Made by a program: the position numbers and the translations under genes
Shown: piece after piece, positions 30,813 to 42,320 of the stretch
Numbering within the stretch: position 1 is the first letter of the stretch
How the letters are laid out: each line of letters begins with the position of its first letter
Notes under the pieces: model-generated
What the model saw: the letters and a program-made list of their open reading frames with translations, nothing else
What the model was told of the DNA's origin: nothing
Databases searched by the model: none
From: Candidatus Latescibacterota bacterium
GTDB taxonomy: Bacteria > Latescibacterota > UBA2968 > UBA8231
Length of the DNA: 64,000 nucleotides
Assembly: GCA_964291625.2 (NCBI GenBank)
Contig: OZ220090.1
Span: 384,001-448,000, forward strand
Direction of reading: 5' to 3'

Positions 30813-32747
30813 GTGCCTGCATTGCGCGCCCGCGTCGAGCCCACCACACGGTGCCGCCGATGGCGTCCTCGAGGATCGGGGCCACCGACGGATCGCCTCC
30901 TCCTCCTCGGCCTCCTGATCACCGCCGCCTCCGCGGCCCCCCTGGCCGCCGCCGTCGACCTGGCCGACCTCCACGACTGGCGGATCGTCGTCGCGCCCGG
31001 CGCCATCGCCTCCGAGGAGTACGCGGCCGAGGAGCTCCGCGCGCACCTGGTCCTCGCCGGCGGCCCCGAGCTGCAGATCGTCTCCGCGGCTGAAGGCCCC
31101 GGCGGCCACTTCTTCATCGGCCCGGACGCCGCCAGCCAGAGTCCCGCCGGCTTCGATCCCGCCGACTACGGCCCCGAGGACCTGCGCATCGTCGTGCGGC
31201 CCGGGGCCATCGTCGTGGCCGGCGGCCGGCCGCGGGGGACCCTCTACGGGGTCTACACCTTCCTCGAGGATTACCTCGGCGTGCGCTTCGTCACCGCCGA
31301 CCACACCCACGTGCCGCCCCTGGGCCCGGAGCGCCGTATCGAGGCCGTGGACCGGGTCTACCGGCCGCCCCTGGAGTGGCGCTGGTCCGACTTCGAGAGC
31401 AACTACGCGCGCCCGGACTTCGCCGCCCGGCTGCGGCTGAACGCGGGGCGGGTCGAGGCCCTGCCCCCGGGCAGCGACGACTGGAGCCTGGTGGGCCGCT
31501 ACGGCGGCCGCTCTCCCGTGCACTTGGTGGAGCACTCCTTCAACGCCCTGCTGCCGCCCTCGGAGTACGCCGTCGACCATCCCGAGTACTACTGCCTCTT
31601 CGAGGGCGAGCGCTGGGCCCACCGCCGCTACGAGGACGGCCGCTTCCACGAGGACCTGCAGCCGTGCATGACCCACCCCGAGGTCCTGCGCCTGATCACC
31701 CGCGCGGCCCTGGGGCAGCTGGCGGCCCGCCCCCGCCAGATGGACGTCAGCGTCGGCCAGAACGACGGCAGCGTCTGGTGCCAGTGCCCGTCGTGCCGGG
31801 CGATCAACGAGCGCGAGGGCACGCCCATGGGCTCGCTGCTGACGCTGGTGAACGCGGTCGCCGACGAGGCGGCCGCCGCCCACCCGGGGCGGCTGGTCTC
31901 GACCCTGGCCTACGCCTACAGCGCGCCGCCGCCGCGCTCCCTGAGGCCGCGGGAGAACGTCCTGATCACTTGGTGCAGCATCGACGCCTGCTTCATCCAC
32001 GCCCTCGACGACCCGGACTGCCCGGACAACGCCGCCCAGTACGCCCAGCTGGAGGCCTGGTCCCGGATCGCGCCGAACCTGCACGTGTGGGACTACTACA
32101 TGAACCACGACCGCCGCGGGTTCCAGCTGCCCCTGCCCAACCTGCGGTGGGTCGACCGCAACGTGCGCGCCGAGGTCAGGCTCGGCGTCCGGGGCCTGTT
32201 CACCCAGGCCTTCAGCAGCTCCCACGGCAACGAGTTCGAGGGCCTGCGCAACTACCTGCTGAGCCGGCTCATGTGGGACCCCTCCCTCGACGGGCGGACG
32301 CTCATGGACGAGTGGCTGGACCTCCACTACGGCCCGGCGGCCCCGCCCATGCGGCGCTGGATCGACCGCCTCCACGACCGGTCCCAGGCCAGCGGCCTGC
32401 ACCGCCACAGCCTCGGGGGCCGCTACGACGAGTACGGCCTCGACGAGTCGGACGCCATCGCCGGCCTGGAGGCGGTGGAGGAGGCGATGCGGCTGGCCGA
32501 CAGCGACGCGGTGAGGCGCCGCGTCGGGAAGGCCTCCGTCTGGGCCTGGCGGGCCACCCTCGAGCCGGTGTGGTACGCCACGGAAGGGGTCGACCTCGAC
32601 CCGGGGCAGGCGGAGGAGCTGCGCGCCCGGGCGAAGCGGTTCTTCGAGCTGTGCCGCGAGCACGACGTGCGGCGCACCGCCTCCGGCAGCTGGTTCGCCA
32701 TCGAGAAGGCGGAGGCGCGGGTGCGCGCCGCCATCGGAGACTGGTAG
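30813..32747 (+). CDS. DUF4838 domain-containing secreted protein (putative glycoside hydrolase); start uncertain
   Basis: Signal-like LLLLGLLITAASAAPLAA; GGRPRGTLYGVYTFLEDYLGVRF; HPEYY; QPCMTHPEV; CQCPSC; TLAY; VWDY. Confidence 0.8.
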   Translation: MPALRARVEPTTRCRRWRPRGSGPPTDRLLLLGLLITAASAAPLAAAVDLADLHDWRIVVAPGAIASEEYAAEELRAHLVLAGGPELQIVSAAEGPGGHFFIGPDAASQSPAGFDPADYGPEDLRIVVRPGAIVVAGGRPRGTLYGVYTFLEDYLGVRFVTADHTHVPPLGPERRIEAVDRVYRPPLEWRWSDFESNYARPDFAARLRLNAGRVEALPPGSDDWSLVGRYGGRSPVHLVEHSFNALLPPSEYAVDHPEYYCLFEGERWAHRRYEDGRFHEDLQPCMTHPEVLRLITRAALGQLAARPRQMDVSVGQNDGSVWCQCPSCRAINEREGTPMGSLLTLVNAVADEAAAAHPGRLVSTLAYAYSAPPPRSLRPRENVLITWCSIDACFIHALDDPDCPDNAAQYAQLEAWSRIAPNLHVWDYYMNHDRRGFQLPLPNLRWVDRNVRAEVRLGVRGLFTQAFSSSHGNEFEGLRNYLLSRLMWDPSLDGRTLMDEWLDLHYGPAAPPMRRWIDRLHDRSQASGLHRHSLGGRYDEYGLDESDAIAGLEAVEEAMRLADSDAVRRRVGKASVWAWRATLEPVWYATEGVDLDPGQAEELRARAKRFFELCREHDVRRTASGSWFAIEKAEARVRAAIGDW

Positions 32748-33016
32748 TGGCGACGGTCTTCATCCCCCGGCGGCTGCGGCCCCTGAGCGGTGGCCGGGGA
32801 CAGCTCCGCGTGGAGGGCGCCACGGTGCGCCAGGTGATCGAGGCCCTGGAGGCCGAGTGCCCCGGGATCAGGGCCCGGCTCTACGACGCCGAGCACGACG
32901 CCCTGACCCGCGGCATGGCGGTCACCGTCGACGGCGTCACCGGGGAGCTGGGCCTGCTGGAGAAGGTCGGCCCCGAGAGCGAGGTCCACTTCCTGCCCGC
33001 CATCGCCGGCGGCTGA
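32747..33016 (+). CDS. MoaD/ThiS-family ubiquitin-like sulfur carrier
   Basis: GTG overlaps the upstream TAG; VEGATVRQVIEALE..CPG; C-terminal FLPAIAGG. Confidence 0.85.
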   Translation: MATVFIPRRLRPLSGGRGQLRVEGATVRQVIEALEAECPGIRARLYDAEHDALTRGMAVTVDGVTGELGLLEKVGPESEVHFLPAIAGG

Positions 33017-33056
33017 ACCGGTTGCCATCGTTGGCACCATCGGCGTTTTTGATGGC

Positions 33057-34412
33057 ATGATCGACGTACGCCGGCTGCGAGCCGAGCCCGATGCCATGCG
33101 CCGCGCCATCGCCCTGCGCCGGGTCGACCCCGCGAAGGCCGACGTGGACCGCTTCCTCGAGGTCGACGGACAGCGCCGCGCCCTGCAGCAGGAGATCGAC
33201 GGCCTCAACTCGCAGAAGAAGGAGCTGGCCCGCCTCGGCCGCTCCGACCCCCAGGCCGCGCGCCAGAAAGGCCAGGAGCTGCGCGAGAAGGGACGCGAGC
33301 TGGACGCGCGCCTGGCCGGGCTGACCGCCGAGTGGCAGGCGATCCTCGAGTGGTTCCCCAACTGGCCCCACCCGGAGATGCCCGAGGGCGCCGGCGAGGA
33401 GGAGAACGCCGAGGAGTGCGTGTGGCTGCCGGGCGGCGGCTACCTGCCGCGGGAACAGCTCGGGTCCGGGCACCACTCGGCGGCGGCCATGCCGGAGGGC
33501 GCCATCCACGGGGAGGGGGAGTTCGAGCCCCGTGACCACTCCGAGCTGTCGGCGGACCTCGGCGCCGACACCCTGCAGGCCTCCAAGGTCTCGGGCTCCC
33601 GCTTCACCTACCTGACGGGGGACCTGGCGCGGATGCAGTACGCCCTGCAGCAGCTCCTCGCCGACGAGATGCTGCGCCGCGGTTACGAGATGATGGTGCC
33701 GCCCCTGCTCGTGCGGGAGCGCTCCCTCCACGGCACCTCCCACTTCCCCGAGGGCCGCGACCAGGTCTACGCCATCCAGACCGACAACGTCGAGGAGGGG
33801 ACCCAGCTCTTCCTGGTGGGCTCGTCGGAGCCGGCCAACTTCAGCTACTTCATGGACCGCACCCTCGACGAGGCCGACCTGCCCGTGAAGCTCTTCGCCT
33901 TCACCGCCTGCTTCCGCTCCGAGGCCGGCTCCTGGGGCAAGGACGTGAAGGGCATCAAGCGGCTCCACCAGTTCGACAAGCTGGAGATGAACGCCGTCTG
34001 CACCCCCGGCCAGTCGGAGGCGATGTACGAGGAGTTCGGCCAGATCAACGAGTGGCTCCTGCAGCAGCTGCGGCTGCCCTACCGCATGGTCGACAAGTGC
34101 GGGGGCGACGCCGGGTACCTCGCCAGCCACCGTCAGCGCGACGGCGAGGTGTGGATGCCCGGGACGGGGGAGTTCATGGAGGTCATGACCGACACCAACA
34201 CCACCGACTACCAGTCCCGCCGCATGAACATCCGCTACCGCCCCCGCGAGGGCGGCAGCCTGGTCTTCTGCCACACCGTCAACGACACGGGCTGCGCCAT
34301 GGGCCGCATGCTCATCGCCATCGTCGAGAACTACCAGCAGGCCGACGGCTCGGTGAAGGTGCCCGAGGTCCTGCGGGCGGTGGTCGGCAAGGCCCGCATC
34401 CAGCCCTCCTGA
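33057..34412 (+). CDS. serS: Serine--tRNA ligase (divergent active-site motifs)
   Basis: N-terminal coiled-coil arm; motif 2 CFRSEAGS...RLHQFDKLEM; DYQSRR; GR..IAIVENYQQADG. Confidence 0.88.
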   Translation: MIDVRRLRAEPDAMRRAIALRRVDPAKADVDRFLEVDGQRRALQQEIDGLNSQKKELARLGRSDPQAARQKGQELREKGRELDARLAGLTAEWQAILEWFPNWPHPEMPEGAGEEENAEECVWLPGGGYLPREQLGSGHHSAAAMPEGAIHGEGEFEPRDHSELSADLGADTLQASKVSGSRFTYLTGDLARMQYALQQLLADEMLRRGYEMMVPPLLVRERSLHGTSHFPEGRDQVYAIQTDNVEEGTQLFLVGSSEPANFSYFMDRTLDEADLPVKLFAFTACFRSEAGSWGKDVKGIKRLHQFDKLEMNAVCTPGQSEAMYEEFGQINEWLLQQLRLPYRMVDKCGGDAGYLASHRQRDGEVWMPGTGEFMEVMTDTNTTDYQSRRMNIRYRPREGGSLVFCHTVNDTGCAMGRMLIAIVENYQQADGSVKVPEVLRAVVGKARIQPS

Positions 34413-34429
34413 CCTTCGGGCCGCCACCG

Positions 34430-35788
34430 ATGGCAGAGATCCCCCGCATCGGCACCGACCGGCAGCTCCTCGTCGACACGTTCTGGATCGAGGACAGCCG
34501 CGGCGTGACCCGCAGGCTCCACGAGCCGATGCGCCGCAACACGGCGATCGCCGCGGACCGGCCCTGGGAGCGGGGCGGCGTCTCCTACATGACCGTCTTT
34601 GCCGATGACGGCCGATTTCGGGCCTGGTACCGCTGCGACGGCGACAACCCGATCCGCGACGACCAGCGCCAGCCCCTGATCGCCTGCGCCGAGAGCGGCG
34701 ACGGCGTCCACTGGGAGAAGCCGTCCCTGGGCCTGGTCGAGTTCGAGGGCTCCACCGACAACAACCTTGTCTGGCAGGGGCCGGGCAACAACCTCTCCCT
34801 CTTTCGCGACGACGGCCCGGGAGTGCCCGCCGACGAGCGCTACAAAGGCATCGTCCGGACCTCCGACCTCCTGGCCCTGGTCTCCCCCGACGGCCTGCGG
34901 TGGCGACTGCGCCGGGAGGAGCCGATCCACACGGACCGGCCCTTCGACTCCCACAACATCGCCTTCCGGGACCTCTTCCGCGGCGACTACGTCATCTACG
35001 CCCGCGGCGTGGCGGGCCGGGGCGACTTCAAGGGCGGTGTCCGCTGGGTGCGGCGCTCGACCTCCTCCGACTTCGAGAGCTGGAGCGAGTGGGAGTCCAT
35101 GGACGTGGGGCGCGAGCCGGACGAGCACCTCTACACCAACGCCTGCGTGCCCTACGAGCGCGCCCCGGGCACCTACCTCATGTTCCCCTCGCGCTTCGTG
35201 AAGGAGCGGAAGCCGGTGCCCGACTGGCCCCACGGCTCCGGCGTGAACGACATCCTCTTCCTGTCGAGCCGCGACGGCGTGCGCTTCGACGCCTCCCTGC
35301 GCGAGGCCTTCCTGCGGCCCGGACCCAACCCCGACAACTGGCACGAGCGCGCCGTCTACATGGAGCACGGCCTGCTGCACACCGCGCCGGGGGAGATCTC
35401 CCTCTTCGGCATGGAGAGCTGGCGCCTGCCCTCGAACCGCATCCGGCGCTACACCCTGCGCACCGACGGTTTCGTCTCCGTCAACGCCGGCTTCGCCGGG
35501 GGCGAGTTCACCACGCCCGCCTTCGTCTTCTCCGGCGGCGAGCTGGAGCTGAACTACTCCACCTCGGCCGCGGGCTCCCTGGGAGTGGAGCTTCAGCGGC
35601 CCGACGGTACCCCCGTCGAGGGGCGCACCCTCGCCGACTTCGGCGATCGCTACGGCGACGAGATCGAGGGCGCCGTGAGCTGGAACGGCCGCGGGGTGGG
35701 GGACCTGGCGGGAGAGCCGGTGCGCCTGCGCTTCACCCTGCAGGACGCGGACCTCTACGCCTTCCGCTTCCGCGATCCGGAGGGCTGA
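34430..35788 (+). CDS. Hypothetical GH32/GH43-like five-bladed beta-propeller protein
   Basis: DRQLLVD, AESGDGVHWEKPSLGL, SRDG, RTDGFVSV; paralog of 43507-45000. Confidence 0.7.
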   Translation: MAEIPRIGTDRQLLVDTFWIEDSRGVTRRLHEPMRRNTAIAADRPWERGGVSYMTVFADDGRFRAWYRCDGDNPIRDDQRQPLIACAESGDGVHWEKPSLGLVEFEGSTDNNLVWQGPGNNLSLFRDDGPGVPADERYKGIVRTSDLLALVSPDGLRWRLRREEPIHTDRPFDSHNIAFRDLFRGDYVIYARGVAGRGDFKGGVRWVRRSTSSDFESWSEWESMDVGREPDEHLYTNACVPYERAPGTYLMFPSRFVKERKPVPDWPHGSGVNDILFLSSRDGVRFDASLREAFLRPGPNPDNWHERAVYMEHGLLHTAPGEISLFGMESWRLPSNRIRRYTLRTDGFVSVNAGFAGGEFTTPAFVFSGGELELNYSTSAAGSLGVELQRPDGTPVEGRTLADFGDRYGDEIEGAVSWNGRGVGDLAGEPVRLRFTLQDADLYAFRFRDPEG

Positions 35789-35809
35789 GCCACCGGGGTT
35801 GTGCGAGCC

Positions 35810-37534
35810 TCACCGGAAGTGGGGCGTGTTCCGCAGGTGGTACTCCAGCAGGTGGCCGCGGGCGCCGATGTAGAACACGCCGTCCTCGAAGCCCTCCACG
35901 ATCTGGTAGAGGTCCGGGATCGGCGCCTTGTCGAGATCGACGAGGCGCTCGGCGGAGACATCGATCTTGAAGACCCGGGTCTTCGAGACGCCGTAGATGT
36001 CGCCGTCGCGGCCGGCGGTGAGGTGGACGATGCCGTGGGCCTCGGGCACGCCCGCGAGCGGGGTGCCCCCCTCATCGAGGCTCCAGCGCACCATCACCCG
36101 CCGTTGCTCCGGGCTGAAGGCGAAGAGGCCGCCCGTGTCGGTGGATCCGTAGACCAGGCCGGTGGCGGGGCTGCAGGCGAGGTTGCCGACGGCGATCGCC
36201 CCCCATTCGGGGATGCACTCGAAGACGCGGCGCTCCTCCCGCGGGCAGAACATGAAGAGCCGCGCCTCGGTGGTCGTCTCCACGCAGCCGCGGCCGCCGC
36301 GGATGCTGGTGCCGCCGTAGACCCAGGTCTCGTCGGAGGCGACCGACTGCACCGACTGGTCCTCGTCGCGGAAGACCTTCTTCTCCTCCGTCTCCGGGTC
36401 GAACCGCGCCAGGCCGCCGCCGGGGACGTGGTAGTTGGCGCGGCAGGCGATGTAGATGCGGCCGTCGGGGCCGACGGTGTACTCGAAGGGCCGGTTCATC
36501 TCCGGCCCGAGGCGGCCGAAGTTGCGGGGGTTGGCTTCCGGGTGCTCGCCGCCGTCCCCGGGCCGGGGGTTCCACGGCAGGGCCGGGTCGTAGGCGGCGA
36601 AGTAGCCGCCGCCGTAGCTGCCCATGTAGACCTTGCCGCCGCAGGCGATGACGTCGTAGACCTCGCCGCCTCCCCAGCCGACCTTGCCCAGATCCTCCAG
36701 GTGCCGCGAGACCGGGTCGAAGCGGAAGATGTGCATGGAGATGATCGTGGCGCCGTAGATGCGGCCGTCGGGCCCGCGGTGGAGGCCGCAGATGTCGGTG
36801 GCCACCGTGGGGCGGTAGTCGGCGCGGCGCTCCTCCCCGTCGACGGTCCAGGTGACTCCGTCCTGGCGGAAGCTGGAGGCGGCGATGGTGCGGTTCACCG
36901 CGGAGGAGGAGGGGGCCGGCTCGGGGTCCTCGCCGTCGGCCAGGACCCGCGTGGAGTCCGTGGACGGGTCGTAGGCGACGCGGCCCGAGGGGTCGCGCTG
37001 GATGCCGCAGACGACCTCGCCTTCGGCGGAGACGTGCTTGGGGCTGCACCAGACCTGCTGGCCCGGCACGTGGGGCGGCGGTGCCTGCACGCCGTGGTCG
37101 TGCCAGGCGTCGGCCTCCGGGTCGTAGCTGACGAGCCGGCCCTGGGGGTGGGTGCCGAGCCAGACGCGGCCGCCGGGGCCGAGGACGGCGTTGTAGAACC
37201 GCTGCTCGCTCATCAGGGGGAAGCCGTGGGAGCGCAGGCCGTGCTCCGGGGTCCACGACTGCAGGACGTGGCCGTACTCGTAGATCCCGTGGAGGGTGTG
37301 GACCCAGAGGGTGCCGTTCCGGGGGTCGACGTTGCACTGGAACTCGCGGCCGCAGATCCAGTGGCGCTCGACGATCTCGCCGGTGTCGGCGTCGATGCCG
37401 AAGAGGACCGAGCCCTCCTGGCCGAACTCGCCGCCCCAGAGGATGTCGATGCCGCGCCTGTGGTCCCGCGACACCCAGCCTCCCCCCATCCAGCCGCCCA
37501 CCACCGGACGGCCCACGTCGTAGAACACGCCCAT
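35810..37534 (-). CDS. Hypothetical beta-propeller repeat protein
   Basis: Repeated GPDGRIY/GPGGRVW and YDP/FDP blade motifs; RBS GGGAG before ATG. Confidence 0.75.
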   Translation of the reverse strand: MGVFYDVGRPVVGGWMGGGWVSRDHRRGIDILWGGEFGQEGSVLFGIDADTGEIVERHWICGREFQCNVDPRNGTLWVHTLHGIYEYGHVLQSWTPEHGLRSHGFPLMSEQRFYNAVLGPGGRVWLGTHPQGRLVSYDPEADAWHDHGVQAPPPHVPGQQVWCSPKHVSAEGEVVCGIQRDPSGRVAYDPSTDSTRVLADGEDPEPAPSSSAVNRTIAASSFRQDGVTWTVDGEERRADYRPTVATDICGLHRGPDGRIYGATIISMHIFRFDPVSRHLEDLGKVGWGGGEVYDVIACGGKVYMGSYGGGYFAAYDPALPWNPRPGDGGEHPEANPRNFGRLGPEMNRPFEYTVGPDGRIYIACRANYHVPGGGLARFDPETEEKKVFRDEDQSVQSVASDETWVYGGTSIRGGRGCVETTTEARLFMFCPREERRVFECIPEWGAIAVGNLACSPATGLVYGSTDTGGLFAFSPEQRRVMVRWSLDEGGTPLAGVPEAHGIVHLTAGRDGDIYGVSKTRVFKIDVSAERLVDLDKAPIPDLYQIVEGFEDGVFYIGARGHLLEYHLRNTPHFR

Positions 37535-37560
37535 GCTCGTCTCCCTCGGTTAGTCTCTCG

Positions 37561-38534
37561 CTACGGGGCCAGCCAGCCGCCGCTGTCGCGGAAGCCCGGG
37601 AAGCGCAGGACCTGGGCCGCCGTTTGTCCCATGAGCAGCCGGCGTTCCTCCGGCGTCAGGTCGGGGAAGACCTCGCCGGGCAGCCGCACGACCTCGCCGT
37701 ACCCGGGATCGACGTCGATCCACGGGAAGTCGGTGGCCCACATCATGCGGCCGGCGCCGAAGACCATGCGCAGGCTGTCTCCCCAGCCGGCCAGGTCGGG
37801 GTAGGGGTAGCCCTGCTTCGTGAAGGCGTAGTGGCCGGAGAAGTGGACGTAGACGTTCGGGTAGGGGTAGCGTCCCCGCGTGTTGCGGGGGATGCGCCCC
37901 ACCTTCAGGCCCAGGGTCGAGTAGCGGGTCTCCGGCGGCATCGGCACGTCGGCCTGGGGACGGCCCTTCTCGTCCCACCAGAACCTCGGCCCGGGGCAGA
38001 CCATGAGGTGGTTGAAGACGACCCGCACCTGGGGGAAGGCCTCGAAGAGGTGGGGGACGACGTGGGCGTCCACGGCCCGCGGGTAGAGCCAGATCACGTA
38101 GTCCCGCCGGGCCGCGCGCTCCCAGATGGGGTAGACGGGCAGGCGGCGCACGTCCACGGGCTCGAAGGGGTCGGCGGGGCCCCCCAGCCGGCTGAGGCGG
38201 AAGCCGATGACGCGGCCGTCGCTGGCCTCGGCGAGCCGGTCCATGTGGCCGCCCGGATCCTCGCAGTCGGGAGGGACCAGCCCGATCCCGAGGAAGCGGT
38301 CCGGGTGCTCGCGCAGGCAGTGGAGCAGGTAGGCGTGGACCTCGAGGCTGGTACCCCCGATCTGCACCAGCACGGCGCCGTCGACGCCGTGGCTCCCATG
38401 CGCTCCAGGAGCCGCTCCACCGGCGCCTCGCGCTCGGCTGGCAGGTGGTCGTTCACCTCCCGCGGGAACTCGGCCGACTGCCGCGCGAAGACGTGCAGGT
38501 GGGCGTCGATGACGGGGGAGGGCCGGGGCTTCAC
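37561..38534 (-). CDS. Amidohydrolase family 2 protein; 1-nt frameshift at ~38391
   Basis: IDAHLHVF (N-part) joins HGVDGAVLVQ...NHL...MWATDFPW (C-part) if one C is added. Confidence 0.85.
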
Positions 38535-39271
38535 GGGGTGGTCTCCGCTTCGGGGCGGGGCTCCCGCCGGAAGAGCTGGCGGCGGTCGGCGGTGGTGAGG
38601 CGGTCGGCGAAGCGGGCGAAGGCGTCGGGGTTGAAGGTCGCCTCGGAACAGACCTCGTAGATGAGGATGATCGAGCGCCGGCCCTGGCGCGAGCGGTTGG
38701 CCAGGGAGGTGTGCAGGCCGTGGCTGTTGAAGACGACGGCCGTCCCGGCCTCGCCCTCGAAGACGCGGTGTCCCGGCATCTCCGACGGATCGGCCACGAG
38801 AGGATAGGGGCCGGCCTCCGGTCGGTGGCTGCCGGGTACGTAGGCGAAGGCGCCCTCCCGGCGGGAGACCGGGTCGAGGTAGATCTGCACCTTCAGGTGC
38901 AGGGGGGTGGAGCGCGGGACGTCGTAGTGCCAGCCGACGTAGCTGAGGGGCGCCGGCGGCAGGGTGCGGAACTGGGCCATGAGGAAGGTGACCTGGCCGC
39001 CGGTGAAGGCCATGAGGTGGCCGTACCAGGACGGGTGATCGACGAGGTCGAGGAAGAGCGGGTCCCGCGGCAGGGGGTCGGGGATGTCGAAGAAGGCCGC
39101 CGGCCGGGTGCCCTGCGAGACCCCCTCGAGCCAGTCCGGCCGGGCCTCGGCCGCCTCCCGGGAGAAGGCCTCCTGGACGCGGGACAGCTCCTCCCCGGAC
39201 AGCGCCCCGGGCAGGGGGACGACGCCGTCGGCGCGCCAGCGGCAGGTCTGCTCGGGGGTCGGTCCGTTCAC
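38531..39271 (-). CDS. Phytanoyl-CoA dioxygenase (PhyH) family Fe/2OG dioxygenase
   Basis: WHYD, YVPGSH, AGTAVVFN..GLH, NRS...RRS. Confidence 0.85.
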   Translation of the reverse strand: MNGPTPEQTCRWRADGVVPLPGALSGEELSRVQEAFSREAAEARPDWLEGVSQGTRPAAFFDIPDPLPRDPLFLDLVDHPSWYGHLMAFTGGQVTFLMAQFRTLPPAPLSYVGWHYDVPRSTPLHLKVQIYLDPVSRREGAFAYVPGSHRPEAGPYPLVADPSEMPGHRVFEGEAGTAVVFNSHGLHTSLANRSRQGRRSIILIYEVCSEATFNPDAFARFADRLTTADRRQLFRREPRPEAETTP

Positions 39272-39347
39272 GGCATGGGCTCCTTCGAGGGGCCGCAAGT
39301 TAGTGACGGTCCCTGCCCTTACGCCACCGGAACCCCGGGGCGTCATT

Positions 39348-39375
39348 TTGACCCTGCTGGAGGGCCGGCTATCTT
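39348..39375 (+). promoter_or_regulatory. Putative sigma70 promoter TTGACC-16bp-TATCTT
   Basis: In the divergent intergenic region upstream of the cupin gene (RBS GAGGAGG). Confidence 0.4.
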
Positions 39376-39411
39376 GGCCGCGCCGTTCACCCCCAAAGAG
39401 GAGGATCCGCC

Positions 39412-39773
39412 TTGGTCATCCGCAGCTGGCGCGACGCCAAACCCCACGTGGGCCACGAGAACAAGATCATCTGGTCCGTCTTCCGCTCGAAGGGCATCGA
39501 GGACCTGGAGGAGGGCGAGGCCTGCCTCCTCGGGATCTCCGGGGTCACCGTGCACCGCCTGCAGCCGGGGTGCGACGGGGACTACCACGACCACGAGAAC
39601 AAGGAGCAGGTCTACTACTTCACCGAGGGCCGGGCGAAGATGAAGATCGACGGCGAGATCTACGAGGTCCGCGCCGGCGACGCCGTGCACCTGCCGCCGA
39701 AGTGCATGCACCAGATCGTCAACGACACCGACGACTGGGTGGAGCACCTCATCATCAGCGCCACGGTGGACGA

Positions 39774-39777
<4 letters not shown>
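39412..39777 (+). CDS. Cupin domain protein
   Basis: HDHENKEQVYY...GDAVHLPPKCMHQIVN. Confidence 0.88.
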
Positions 39778-41252
<1,475 letters not shown>

Positions 41253-41442
41253 GCGGGGGGTTCCGCGGCACGGCTCCGGCCCGAGGCGAGTCGGCGGTCC
41301 CGGCATCCCGGAGCCAGCTGATCCCTGCCTTCGCCGGACAGCGGCGAGCGCGGGTCAGGCTCCCGGCCTGCGAAGGCCCACACGAAACTGCCTGGCGGAC
41401 TCGACCTCGGACGCTGAAGTCCCAGGGCAGGGGACCGGCAGT

Positions 41443-42273
41443 TCAGGCCCCTCCCGCCGCCGCCATGCGCGGCTCCGCCAGGGAACGCCAGTTGTCGTAG
41501 TAGCGGCGGGTCCGTTCCGGCAGGGCGGGGCGCACGTTGTCGGCCAGCAGCCAGCGCTGGTCGCCCTTCTCGCCCTCGTCATACGCCGACCGGTGGTCGA
41601 TGAGGGCGCCCATCAGGGTGGAGCGGTCCTTCATGTCCTCGGGTTTGAGGCCCCGGTGGATGGTGTTGCCGTTCCAGAAGATGGTCTGGCCCTTCTCGAG
41701 GTCGATCCGCTGCCCTCCGGGCAACTCGCCCTGGCCGCCCTCCATCAGGCACTCCTTCTCCTCGTCGGTGCGGAAGCGCCGGTGGCTGCCCGGTACGATC
41801 CACAGGCAGGGATCGTCCACCAGGGCCATGTGCCACTTCACCATGTGCTTCCGGTGCCGGGCGAGGAGGGCCATCTCCTCCTCGTAGCCGGCGTTCCTGT
41901 CCTGGCCGCCCACGTCCCGGTGCCAGTTGCCCTTGTAGTCCCCGGCAATGGCGCACAGGTGCACCCATCCCAGCCGCAGCTCGTCCCCGAGGAGGGGGCG
42001 CACGCAACGCGCCACCTCCTCCGAGCCCAGGTACTCGGCGAAGACCGGCTCGCCGAACTCCGGGGCCATGAGCCCGCTCACGAAGGCCGGCTCCGCTCCC
42101 GGGCCGCCGGTGCGGATCCCGCCGTCGTCGTCCACCACCTCTCCCGAGCGGATGCGGTCCGCCACCCGGAGCGCCGCCGCCGCCAGCTCCTCCAGCATCC
42201 GCGGCTCCACGGCGTCGCCGGCGATGAAGTAGCCCTGCTCCCGGTACTGGTCGGCCCGTTCCCGGCCGGTCAT
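41443..42273 (-). CDS. PhyH-family dioxygenase
   Basis: YREQGY, WHRD, IVPGSH, GQTIFWNGNTIHRG. Confidence 0.85.
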   Translation of the reverse strand: MTGRERADQYREQGYFIAGDAVEPRMLEELAAAALRVADRIRSGEVVDDDGGIRTGGPGAEPAFVSGLMAPEFGEPVFAEYLGSEEVARCVRPLLGDELRLGWVHLCAIAGDYKGNWHRDVGGQDRNAGYEEEMALLARHRKHMVKWHMALVDDPCLWIVPGSHRRFRTDEEKECLMEGGQGELPGGQRIDLEKGQTIFWNGNTIHRGLKPEDMKDRSTLMGALIDHRSAYDEGEKGDQRWLLADNVRPALPERTRRYYDNWRSLAEPRMAAAGGA

Positions 42274-42320
42274 GTCACCGCTCTCCCGCAGTTGAGTGGT
42301 CTCTCCTCGGCGCCCACGGA

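Noticed and set aside
41253-41442. REP-like fragment (GATCCCTGCCTTCGCCGG) between convergent genes
   Set aside because: Single degenerate copy with no clear partner arm in this window.
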